Part shown: one piece after another, positions 40,060-51,496 of the stretch
Layout: every line of letters starts with the position of its first letter
How positions within the stretch are numbered: the first letter of the stretch is position 1
Notes under the pieces: generated by a model
Seen by the model: only the letters and a program-made list of their open reading frames with translations
Told to the model about the DNA's origin: nothing
Database searches by the model: none
Assembly (NCBI RefSeq): GCF_009834535.1
Contig: NC_045696.1
Location: 84,198,001 to 84,262,000 of the forward strand
Direction of reading: 5' to 3'
DNA from: Camelus ferus
Taxonomy: Eukaryota
Length of the DNA: 64,000 nucleotides
Translations under genes and position numbers: made by a program

Positions 40060-40720
40060 GGCCGACAGCCGCAGTACCAGGCCTTCCGGTTGCTATGGGT
40101 ACGGAGGTAACGCGGTAACCAAGGAGACCAGGGCGGAAGCTCTGGGCAGCTCGCGGCGGCCGGCGACAGTGACGCAGACGGGTAGGGGCTCCAGGTCGGT
40201 CTGCTGGTCGTGGTGGCGGCGGGCGGCGGGCGGTGGGCCCCGCAGTCGGCGTAGCTTCCAAAGCACCCGGTCCGGGTGGTGCCGGGCGCGGGGCAGGACG
40301 GCGAGGGAGGAAGCTGGGCTCTGGGTCGCCGGACCCCCAGGTTTATGCTGAGCCCCTGCCGTGTGCCGGACACAGTGCCAGGCCTGCCGGCTGTAGGCGG
40401 CGGCCTTGACTTCCGGAGTTGGAAGCCTTTTCCTTAAACAAGATTTCCCAGACCGCGATGCTAATGGAAACATGGACGAGGGTGTACCTGAGTGAAACAG
40501 GGCCTTCGTCACACCCATGTACCCCTTCTACACCCCGACCTTTTCGAATGAAGTCTTTTGAGTCTTATTTGAAATATTTAGTTCCCTGGCAAACCAGTAT
40601 CACACCCCCTTTGTAGCCGCCTTTCTGCCTGGGCGGCCCCACGCACCCACTTCATTCCAGAAGCCCTCTCCTCCCAAGGGGAAGTCACGGTAAGGGGTGA
40701 GGGTGCCAGTTTCGGAAATC
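40060..40720 (+). promoter_or_regulatory. ZBBX: CpG island / ZBBX promoter and probable non-coding first exon(s)
   Basis: The only strongly GC- and CpG-dense block in the window, ~6.5 kb upstream of the ZBBX ATG. Contains X-boxes, ETS motifs and candidate donors CGG|GTAGGG (40181/40182) and ACG|GTAAGG (40689/40690). Confidence 0.85.
40089..40128. promoter_or_regulatory. Tandem RFX X-box motifs
   Basis: GTTGCTATGGGTAC (40089-40102) and GTAACCAAGGAGAC (40115-40128; reverse complement GTCTCCTTGGTTAC) both approximate the X-box palindrome GTTRCCATGGYAAC. Confidence 0.75.
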
Positions 40721-43700
40721 TGAAGCTGTGGAATTTTTTTCTTCCCCAGTCATCATTAGAGGAGCTCAGGACATATAAGTTCAGTTATGTATTTTTTTTT
40801 AGCCTGGCTTTTTAAATGCACAGTTAGCAAGACTCATTTAAAAAAAAGTCATAAAGTTGAAGTTACAGAGGATTAAAAGTATGCAAACTGTATGCTTATG
40901 GAAAATGAGAAAAAAAAACCAAAACAAAACCAAAAAACCTCCACTTCCCTCTAGCACCTTATAGGCTACTGGAGGTCTGTCCTGACCTCCTGTAATATCG
41001 CCAGTTGTATCACAAATTATTTGAAAGAACCTCAGTCCTTTATTTCTTTCAAAACACTTAATACTTCCCACAATTAATTTACTTGCTTTTAAATTTTTTC
41101 CTACTTCCTTCACCAGAGTGTAAGTTGAGTGAAGGTTGGTACTAAACCTGTGTTCACTTTCTTCCTTAGTGCTTAGCCTGATACTTGGCACGTGGAAAAG
41201 TAAAAGAAAGATATCTGTTGAAATGGGAAAGAGGGTGTGTTTGTTTTAATTATTTTCCCAGTTAGGTTGATAATACAGTAAATTCAAAGCAGTAGAAAAA
41301 ATTAAATACTAAAACTTAGCACATTATTATTGACAGTACACTATGTGGCGGCACACTAACTGGACTGCCCTCAAATATTTGGGATACTTGAGGAAACAGC
41401 ACCTATATAAGCAAAGCAGCAAAATATAACACAAGGTAGCATATAACAGCAAATGAGTGTGATACATGTGATGTCCTTATGGGTGGAGGAGCTCACTTCT
41501 GATGGAAGAAGCCTTCATGATCCAGGTGGCCTTCGAACTCGGCACTGAATAGAATAAAACTTGGTGAGCAGAGGAGTGGAAAATAGAGCATACAGCTTAG
41601 AGAGATTCGAATGCATAATGGAGGATCTTAAGTACCAAGCAGAGTAGCTGGGCATTTTTTTCCCTACGTGTATGGGGAACTATTTAGAGATGAAAATTTG
41701 TGACCTTATATTATGTGGCAGCAATTTGACACCCAAAGGGTTTCAGTGGGGTTTAAATAAATTGCTGTAAAACTTAGAAAATAATTGAGGTTAAACAGTT
41801 CTTTCTCTAAATTTCCTTTTTATCACAGGTTAAGAGAATTGAAAAGGGGAAGAATCTGAGTGTTACGGATTAATCATTTTAAGTATGTAGAACAATTTAG
41901 ATTTCAAATCCTTAAGATGGTCTAACAGGACTGAGAATAAAATTGTAATTTCTGGCTTTGCCATCAATCTTGGATGGATGCCTTAATTTTCCCCATGCCT
42001 AAGATATTCACAAGAGAGCACCTAGAGTAACGGATTGTATGACAATGGATGGGATAAATAAAATATAAAAATGTTAAAGAGCTTAGGTTTCTAAAAGGTA
42101 TGACTCATAATTTAAGACTTGCATTATAATTTGTAATCATAAAAAATTTTTAATTGATACAGAATTAATAATAATTGTGTATTACTGTTGTGCCTTTCAC
42201 ACTTTTTTTAAGCTATAGAAGAGTTTCTTCACATTAAGTCTGTCCCAGAGGCTCATCATGTAAGAGAGATGAAATCAGAGCAGCTGGGTGTAAAGCAGAG
42301 CCTTGATGCTCCCCAGTCCACTTCTCAAGGTAGTTTCTAAGTCTGCCCTCTTCCCTGAACCCTGAGCTCTCTGGGGCCCCTTAGGAACCCACAGCTTGAC
42401 TTGTCATAGATCGGAGATCTTTTGTTCAATGTTCTGCAAATTAGGGGAGGATCCCCACCATTTTCTACTGGGTAAGCAAACTGAAGCTCAGACTCCTCTC
42501 ATACAGTGGTCTTCTGAATTTAAACCCAGTATCTTTTAATATTATGTATTGTTTTTTGTTGGAAAGTATTTTAAAAGGATATCTTGCCCTTTGATATTTA
42601 AAGGCAAACTTTTCAGTTCTCAAGGGAACCTTCACATATTAAGTAAAAACAAAAACAAAAAACAAAAAACAGATGGCTTAGATACCATTTAGTGCCCTGA
42701 TGCTGTGTTTAATTATCGAGTATCTTGGTTTCTTGAAAGACTGAGTGCAGCCTGAAAGTCAATACCTGATTTACTTTCAGGGCCTATGGGAGGAGAAAAT
42801 GGCATATATTTATTCGATATTATTTTAGTAGACTATTCAGGCACCAGGTATTATGCGAGGGATCATGTGTTTTCAGTCCTTTACTTAGATTTCAAAAAAC
42901 AAACAAACAAAAATATATATAAATACACATGTAATATAAATATATATATATAAGGATTATATCAGATAGAAAAAATATTAAGAGTAAAATTCTTTTAAGA
43001 GTTTAAAATAATTATTTTTAATTAAATTCATTTTCATTTAACATTTCTTATTTGGGTCTCTGATTTCTAAGTAGTATGGTAAGCATTTTAATCCATCCAA
43101 AAGAGCTTGCTTATTAGACCCCTTTAAAGTGTGTACTACAGTAAGGAAAAGTCCTTATTTATTGCCTTTTAAGCTTTCGGGTCTAAGATGATCTGGGTCA
43201 TTAGGAGAATCAACTAGCCTTAGATAAGTTTACAATTACATGAAAACAGTGGTTTCCCAAATATGCCATTTTGCCAATGGTGTGATAATAAGTTCTCTGA
43301 GCCTAGGGCAACGCTTGAATATTCTGAGTTTCTAGATTTATAGATCATTTTCAATTCCTTGTCTCCATATGTGGTAGCAGGCCTTGATGCTTGGGTTGCT
43401 TTCCCAAAATGGGAACTTATGTGGAAGGATCATTCAAACCATGATGGACAGTTTGGGTCGTATTGTGTGTATATGTCTGGGGAGGATCAAGTTTGGGAAC
43501 AAAAAATGATGCAATCTAAAAAATCAGGTAACTAGAACATTTTCCAAATAACTACTGAATTTTTGATATTTAATTATAAGAAAAAAAATTACTTGACCAA
43601 GGAACACATGGAATTAATGAGGTTTGTGTAATAGTTTATCTGTATTTCCCTGGTTCCATTAGGTGACTAAAGTTTTGTGCTTTGCTTTTCTTCCTGCTGA

Positions 43701-43726
43701 CATTGTTATATCCTTGCTGTCTCAAG

Positions 43727-43843
43727 AAAGGTGACTAATTCTCTATTGGTTTTAAGAAAGGAAACAAGGAAACAGGCAGAACAGCATGACTCACAATTAT
43801 AATCTTCCTTCTTTTCTTCATACAAGAAAATTGGCTTATGCGT
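43727..43843 (+). other. Candidate non-coding 5' UTR exon of ZBBX
   Basis: Pyrimidine tract ending ctcaAG (43725-43726; alternative ttttaAG near 43756) and donor CGT|GTGAGT at 43843/43844, lying between the promoter and the first coding exon. Motif-only support. Confidence 0.3.
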
Positions 43844-44622
43844 GTGAGTTGATAAAACATTTAATTGAGAAGAAGCCTTACTAACTGCATTCAGTGAAGT
43901 GAAATGCCCCCTGAATAAGGCCATTTACTGGTTAAATCACATTATCAGCAGAGCTATAAATCTGAATCATCTCATCCTAGTGAAATTTACAGATTTTTCT
44001 TTCATTTCAGTCTTTGTGTATCAGTTCAGCTTTATGCATCTGTACATACACATGTACGATTATATATCTCAATGCCTAAATCAAATTAAGGCAATTGAAA
44101 TTATTTTGATTAATCAGACATATTAACTTTGGAGATTCTTTTGTTTTCTTTTTTAAATGATAATAGTAATAATAACATTTTGGAATTTTTCATGAAAAAC
44201 CTGTTGACATGTAGATGAGGGTCCAGCAGTTAGATTTCCTGATTAAGATCAAAAAGGTATATTGAGTTTATATTACTATAGGTCCTGGAGGTTTTAAAAA
44301 GGTACTTTTGCAGCCTCTGTTTGATAAAAATGAGACAGATTCTTTCTAGAAAGGAGGGGTAGAAACAAACCAAATCTTAGTTTTTCATTCCTGTAATCTC
44401 TTTAGTTCTTTTTGACACTGACTGTAGCTTTGAGAGACAGGACTTGGTGGTTGAGATGAGTCTGAGTTAGCTATCTCTCCTGAGTACTTCCTTCTGTCAG
44501 AATGTATTGTTGATCTTTGTATGGTTTTCCCTTTGACTGTGGGTTCTCTGAGGGGAGATGCCGAGTCTTATTTACCATTTTGACTTCAGTATCTATAATA
44601 GGGGTCTCAAAAGAGCAGCTGT

Positions 44623-44728
44623 TGGAGGGGAGATGTAGCTCAGTGGTAGGGTGCATGCTTAACATGCATGAGGTCCTGGGTTCGATCCCCAGTACCTCTA
44701 TTAAATAAATAATAAAAATAAACCTCCC
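44623..44728 (+). mobile_element. Camelid tRNA-Ala-derived SINE (Vic-1-like) with perfect TSD
   Basis: ggggagatgtagctcagtggtagggtgcatgcttaacatgcatgaggtcctgggttcgatccccagtacctc (A and B boxes), AT-rich tail and acctcccc end. 15-bp direct repeat CAAAAGAGCAGCTGT at 44608-44622 and 44729-44743. Confidence 0.92.
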
Positions 44729-45061
44729 CAAAAGAGCAGCTGTATAACTGCTTGTTGATTGAAGGCACAAATATACTTAGTCCTATGATGCAACCATTAC
44801 ATTGCTTACAATATAATATTATTTTGTGTAATTCCATTTTAGGATTCTCTTCAGAGAATAAATTCCTTCAGAATTTCCTCCAAGATAATAAAATATCTAC
44901 GCTTTCAGGCTAGATTTGTTTTTTGGAGGTAGAGTATTTTGAAACTAGATATGAGTGAACAGACTAGTTGCTCCTGCTGGACAGTATCACTTTTAGTTTT
45001 GAATGAAGCACAACAGAGTAGATTTGTGTGTTTCTTGGCTATCTGATGGACTCGCAGACAG

Positions 45062-45135
45062 TTTCAAAAGAGGCATTCCAAAAATGTTTTGATCCGTGGT
45101 TGCATCATTGAAATTATAAAATAATCTCCCAGAGA
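45062..45135 (+). mobile_element. TcMar-Mariner fragment (MARNA-like)
   Basis: aaagaggcattccaaaaatgttttgatccgtggttgcatcattgaaatta...ctcccag resembles the MARNA 3' portion. Confidence 0.5.
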
Positions 45136-46656
45136 TTGGATTGATTCTGTTGTATCCACTTTAATGTCACGACAGACTTACATTTATTTACTTCTATTCT
45201 GATGCCTTCTTTCCTTAAGTCTTTAAGCAAAGCTTCTAGACTTATTTCCTGTTCTTCCCTCTAAAATTTTCTGTGACTCTCATTAGCTACAGAATAAATT
45301 CCAAATTCTTTAACTTGGCATTTAAAGTCACCTATTATTGGGTCTCAACTTACATTTCCAGATTTATACCTACTGTTTTCCTTCCACTCAAGAGCTACTC
45401 TCTCCCACAGGGCAGAGAAGTTCATCCAGTCCATATCTTCATATATCAGCCCCCCTTCTCCTTAAAGCCCCACTTCAAATGCTAGCCAGCTTGAACGCTC
45501 TTTTTTCTCTCCCTTCTTCTATTTATAAATTTTATAACCCTTATAATTCCTACCTTGTTTTATGGCTTTTATATATTTAGATCTTATATGCCCTATTTGA
45601 CTCTACACTATTCCAGCCCAGAAAACAAATCTCCTTTAGCCTTGACTCCTTCATGTCTTGCAGTACAGTGTTGTGCATATAGCAGAGCCTAAATAAATAT
45701 GTATAGGGGTTACGAGGGCATAGGAGCATGTGTATAGAAGGCCGGTATCAAATGGTTTGGGCATTTAAGACTGTGGACTCTATGATATTGCCTCATGTTT
45801 CTTTACGAGTGTTTGCAGTTTGGGAATTTTTCTTTCTAATACTTGTACATGTGATTCAGTAATTCAGCATTATAGAGTAAATTATTATGGAACCATGAGT
45901 AATTGGGATACTCAGGAAATAGGGTGTTCTGAATAATTTAATTTTCTGGTTAACTTGGAGTTAGGCAAAAAACTTTTTTGTTTCATTTCTTGTTGAAAAA
46001 TTATTTCTAAATATGCTAATTTCTGATCTTAGGCAAAGAGCATCATTAAAATTTTCTCTGATAAATGAGGATATTAAGATGCCTCTGGGTAATTATTACA
46101 TACTTTAATTTTCATTTTACATTACCATATATGAAAAAACAGATTTTGAGTTTGGATTATATCCCTTTGTTTTTTTTTCTTACTATATTTAGCCTTGAAT
46201 ATTATTTTTGGATGGGAACAAATACTTAATACATATTTTTATAATCTTAACCATAGAAAGAACCAAAATGTGTGCTCTATTTGTCTTAATGAATTCATTC
46301 TTCACTTTCAGTTGAATGTTTCCACAGTCTCTTGTTATACAATTATTGGTAAAATTTTAATTCCATCAGATATGTTATAGTTGTATTAAGTATATACGTG
46401 TACATGTAAGTTGTATATTAACATATAAATATTTGTATAACTTACTGAGCATATACAGTAATTTTTTGTTGCTTAACCTTTGATTTGGCCTTTTTCCCTC
46501 ATAATGACTTCTGGTTTTAAAATTTTCCTGAGTTATACATAGTTTCAAATTTGTAACTTAACTGCTTTACCTCTGACATAATTCTTTTGTCTTTGTTATT
46601 TTTTCAGAAGTTTTCACAAGTCACAGTAATTTTTAGACAATACTAGGACAGTAATC

Positions 46657-46724
46657 ATGAACACCAAAGATTTTGTGGTTCTTCCATGGGGGAAACCTGG
46701 AAATTCTGTAAAACTAAAATATAA
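46657..46724 (+). CDS. ZBBX: ZBBX first coding exon (exon begins at 46608)
   Basis: Acceptor ttttcAG at 46606-46607, in-frame upstream TAA at 46627, ATG with A at -3. Translates [22 protein letters not shown](K), matching recalled [26 protein letters not shown]. Donor aa|GTAAGT. Confidence 0.96.
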
Positions 46725-47669
46725 GTAAGTACATGAATGTTTATTACTTAAAAAGAAATAATTCCTAAAGTTTCTGAATATTATAAAATATTTTTTTCCA
46801 CATAAGGCTGTTTAGAATTGATATCAAAGTTTGTGAATTCTCATTTCCATTTTCTTCAAATTGCTGTATTTTATGAGAGTAGGTTTGAAATGTTATAAAT
46901 CTATCATAGTTTAAAAATGAGGACTAAAAATATTTATGCCACACGAATTGACGTGAATTGGGCTTATCAACTACTGAAGCGATGTAACAGAAAGTTACAA
47001 ATATTTTTGTAGTACTTATTCAAAATAAAAAAGCATCCCCCTGAAGAAACTGGAAGAAACGAAATTTAGGGAGATTATTTAGACTGAGAGACCTTTAAAC
47101 AGGGAATAGAAATCACTAAGTACCCTTGCACTTTGCATAGTTAAAGGATGCTATGTGGAATTCGCCTTTCCCAGGAAGGATGTCTTCTGTTCTAGATTAC
47201 CGAGGAGATGCATTTGGCCTGAGTCAAGCAATGCTGGGTATCCCGGGAATTTCATGACGTGGTAGGGATACAAGAGGCTCAGTATACTGTTTCCCTTGCA
47301 ATCATCCAGAGTCCGTGGAGAGCCCTAAGGCCTTTCTCTCAAATATTATTCAGCGCCAGCCAGCATGGGTTGGGGGCAGACTGTTGATTTTTAATTTTAG
47401 CTTCAGAGTTCCCTGACCCCCATCAATAGTGCTGTGGTTATTTGGTGTCTTCAGAGCTTTCCTAATTCTCTCTTCACATTTAAGATATCGTGTGTAAAAG
47501 CACTGGGTCGACTGGAAAATGCTACATGGCATTATCATAATCAGGTTTACTAGTTTTTGGTGGGGAAGGGAGCTATCCAATTGCTAGTATTACCAATTTT
47601 CCTTTTCTGTGCAAAAAGAGAAGGGGCCATGCATTATTTGATTTTGATGATCTGTTTTAAGTCTGTGTA

Positions 47670-48125
47670 TATATACTATAAACATTCATCCAACAAACGT
47701 TTAATGTTTATTAAGTATACATACACTGTGCTAAGGAATGAGGGATACAAAAGCAGGAAGTCGCAATCTTTGCCCTCAGGGTGGCTTATGGAGAACGTGA
47801 ATAAGTAAAATTACATTTACAAAATAGTGTGAAACACGGTGTGATGTTAAAGCACAGGCAGCTCTGAGAACACGGCCCAAGGTCCTGGCACAGAGGTTAG
47901 GAGGTCTTCAAGCTTTGCCCAAAAGATGAAGTTAGTTTAGTAGTTACTGGGTGACAATTGTGCAAAGGCACACAAGACACATCATTTGGGGACTTCCAGA
48001 CATACCTAGTTGGCTAAGATTTATGGAATGAAATTGGAGAGGACGGCAAGATTGTATAGATTGCCAATTGCCTCGTATGCTGCACTAAGGAGTTTGGGAT
48101 TCACCTTGGAGATGAGGTCTGTTCC
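47670..48125 (-). mobile_element. L2 3' fragment
   Basis: cattcatccaacaaacgttta...actgtgctaagg...tttgccctcaggg...ctaaggagtttgggattc. Confidence 0.6.
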
Positions 48126-48699
48126 CTGGCCTGCATGTCTCCATGATCCACCCATGATCCACACGCACAGAAACTAGGAGGGGAACACCCACTCTGTGGT
48201 AATTGCTATGGAGTTTCCTTTCTTGCCCTTTCGTTGTTCCAAGTTTTGTTTATTTGACATTGTTGTAACAATTATCTTAACATTGTCTGACATTTTGGTG
48301 TTCTCCAACTCCTCTCTATCTCATTCCCCCAGGCTGTTTCAGTGGGTTGTTTCTGGCTCTTGGATTTGTTGTGTTGACATGGGCTCTGTATCTAAGGCTG
48401 TCTCCAGGTGGAATCTATTGTCTTATTCCAGACCCAAGGAATGCCACCATCAACTTGACCACATGGTCTGTAGGTCAGTTCTTTTTTTTTTAGGCTCGCC
48501 CCTTTCCCCTACCACAATGGGGACTTCTAAAACAGTAAACATTTTCTAAGCAAACAAGTAACATGAGCACATTTGTGCTTTTGAACTCTTCACTTGGAGA
48601 CCATGTGGAAAGTGTCGTGGGCCGTTGAGACATTGAGTAGGGAGACCAGCTCGGGGGCTAATCACGTGCTACGTCCCCAGCCCACCTCAGAGTGCACTA

Positions 48700-49400
48700 G
48701 TTCAGGAAATGGCATCACTGTCCTCCTGGAGGCTCCTGGGATTATCTCAGCCTCCTTCCCTGTCCCTTCCCTGGTCAGTCTCGAAGTCCAGATAATTCTG
48801 TTTGCTTATATTTCTCAAATGTTCCCTGTTTTCTCTCAGACCAGCAGAGTCTCTCTGTCACTAGAATGATGGGAACAGTCCCCTTCCTGGCCGCCTTGCT
48901 CTCAGCCTTGAACCCTCTCGTTAATAGGCCATCATACAGCCAGGTGCATCTTTCTAAACTGCAAGCCTGATCAGTTCCCAATTCTCTTAAAACTTTTTGA
49001 AGATTCTCATTGCTCATGGAATACAAATCTGAATTTCTCATCATGGCCTGCATGGCCCTTTGTGATCTGGCCACCGTCCACCGGAGCGGTTCCATTTCCT
49101 GCCACCTTTCCTGTCCTGCACTTAATGCCTGGGCACGTGGAGCCTCTAGTTCCTTGATCCACATGTAACTCTTTCCTACCTGTGCCCACACTTTTCTTTC
49201 TTCCTGGAACACTTCTCTCACAACCTCCCTTCGACTGGCTAAGTCCTTTCATCTCTTAGGACTCAGCTTAGTCTTCACCTTCTCCAGGGGCTGTTCCTGC
49301 AGCCCCAGGGCTGAGTATGTGCCCTTTCTGTGGGCTCGGGTATCTCTCTGTACGTCTCAATGCGAACATCATTATATTATATTTCAGTTACCTTCATGCT
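48700..49400 (+). mobile_element. L2 fragment
   Basis: aatggcatcactgtcc...catctttctaaactgcaagcctgatc...ggccctttgtgatctggcc...ttaggactcagctta. Confidence 0.65.
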
Positions 49401-50659
49401 CGTCTATGTTGCTTCCCATAACGGAAACTCCACCGGGTCTCACTGCAGTGCTTGTTACTAGTAGGGGCTGAATTACTCCTCGTGGAGCAGATATAATGAA
49501 AATAATGCCTCTCTCTCTCAGTATCTTCACCAGCTTCTCTGAACCCTCTGGACAGCTTTTGCCTCTTATCACTTTACACTTATTTCCCTGGATTGTGTCC
49601 ACTTGGGGATGCATCTTTGGCCCTCTTGCTCTTTGGTGACTACTCACCACCTATATGAATTATTTCCCTTTCTCGTCTTTGTTATTCTTAATTTTGGTTC
49701 TTTCCTATAGCATGCATGGGTGCCCACATTGCTTGATTATGGTAAAACACTAATGTAATAATGAAGGAAGAGATTTAAACGCCTGATAGATAATGAAAGC
49801 TAGAGAAGGTTGGCTCACTTCTGTGAAAGAGTCAGTGACTAATGCTGACAAGGGACAACAATTGTAAAATGAAGAAAATGGCTTGTGTCAAAAGCTCGAT
49901 GAGCTTCAGATATCATTACAAAATCTCTCTTGCACAAGAATCTGTAAGGGGGCTCTGCTCTGTCCTCAAAAAGTGTTCTTGTTGCTTTCCTTCTGAGGAA
50001 ACAGTAGTTGGTGCTTGGCTCACTTCCCATTTAATCCCTCTGATGCTCCTGGACCAAAACCCTTAATAGGGGCTTTCTTCCTAGAAGCCCCAAGCAGGCT
50101 CAGCACTCTCTCTCTTTTTTTCCCCCTGTGTTATACATACATGACCTAAAGGTAGAAATTTATTGAAGGTTTCCAAGATAATTAGCAAAAATGTGTGTTC
50201 TTCCCATTTAAAAAAAAAAAAGAAAAAAGTTATTTTAAACACTATGCCTCAAAACACTATGCCTCAAACTACTTAAATCCTTTAAAGACTGTATGAAAAT
50301 TAGAAAATATTTTTACTTTATTTTCTCTGTGTGTGTTACGGATATTCGTGCATATATAACATCATAGCTCATGTGTAAAGTCAATTATGATGAAACTATT
50401 AGCAATGTAATAGGAAAAACAAAGTCTCAGATTTGAAGAGATACCTGGCTTCAGAGAATGTTAATGGAAGGCGCATGCTAACTTTAGAAACCATATTTCA
50501 AAGAATACAAAGGAAGTAGTTAAAATACTTTATCATGTATTTATTATTCACAGTTTTAATTAAGGGCAAACAATCATATAAGATTATTTTTCCTTTTTAA
50601 AATTTGTTTGTTTGTTTGTTTACCCCCAAATGAACATTCTGCATTTAAATCTTGTTCAG

Positions 50660-50773
50660 AAATGCTCGGGAACTGAGGATGGAGAAAGTACAGTTAGAGT
50701 TGGAGAACCAAGAAATGGAGAAGAAACTGCAAGAGTTCCAGGCAGCAAGGAGCAAAGAAAAGGAAGAAAGAGA
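50660..50773 (+). CDS. ZBBX: ZBBX coding exon 2 (coiled-coil-like)
   Basis: cttgttcAG acceptor, ga|GTGGGT donor; 114 bp, phase 2/2. Translates (K)[37 protein letters not shown](E). Confidence 0.95.
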
Positions 50774-51463
50774 GTGGGTAACATTTTTAGAGAATTTTAG
50801 AAGAAGAAACTGAATTATGCCAAGAACCATTTTATATATTATTGTCATTCCAATGACGATCTGTCCTGAATGAATCATTTCTGGCTTTTCCTGATGAACA
50901 AACAATGTTACATTTCCCTTACTTTTTCTATTTGTGTCCCTTTCCTGTGGACCTTATTTGGTCTTACTCTTTGTTATTTCTCTTCTTACGTTACTCTTCT
51001 GAACTATAGCCTGGAATGTTTAGGACAGCAATGCAGAATTTGCCCTTTGCTCCCACACCATGGCCATCATCAGGAGATTGTGTTTATACTCAGGGCATTT
51101 TTATTTATTAAAAGATTTTTTGGTGGGTACGGGTTTACATGCACATAGATAAGAAACATTCAGACCCTCAGGTACGTTTGAAATATTTTTAGCAAACATA
51201 CTTTAGCTGAAATTTTATTAATGAGAACTCTGTAATACTATCTTTGCATATTTGTATTAATTTTACTGAGAATTTCTCTCTGTTGTAATAATAATAAATA
51301 TGAGAAAGGTCAAGTAGAACTGATAGTTATATAACGGAAATTGTCTCTTCTTCTCTCTAGGCTGACTCCCAGCCTGGTTTGTAGAACCACTTTTAACAAT
51401 TAAAATGTCTCTCCCCACACATGTATTATCTTCGTACAAGCCTATATATATGTGTGTGTAGGA

Positions 51464-51464
<1 letters not shown>

Positions 51465-51495
<31 letters not shown>
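51465..51495. repeat. (TG)n microsatellite within an antisense L1ME-like remnant (~51380-51930)
   Basis: About 15 TG units. The flanking tttttaatggctacatagtgtt...atatgtaagagtgtctgtgggatacattcct is L1-like. Confidence 0.85.

Positions 51496-51496
<1 letters not shown>

Noticed and set aside
39872..40616. Cluster of long overlapping ORFs on both strands (up to 159 aa)
   Set aside because: Expected in a GC-rich CpG island that is poor in stop codons. The translations are low-complexity Pro/Arg/Gly with no recognisable domain.
44627..44698. Possible tRNA-Ala gene
   Set aside because: It has an AT-rich SINE tail and a TSD and lacks an oligo-T terminator, so it is a SINE head.
50612..50800. ORF-track peptides overlapping real exons (also 86-277 and 52994-53212)
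   Set aside because: They are alternative-frame or antisense readings of SERPINI2 and ZBBX exons; the true frames follow from splice phase.
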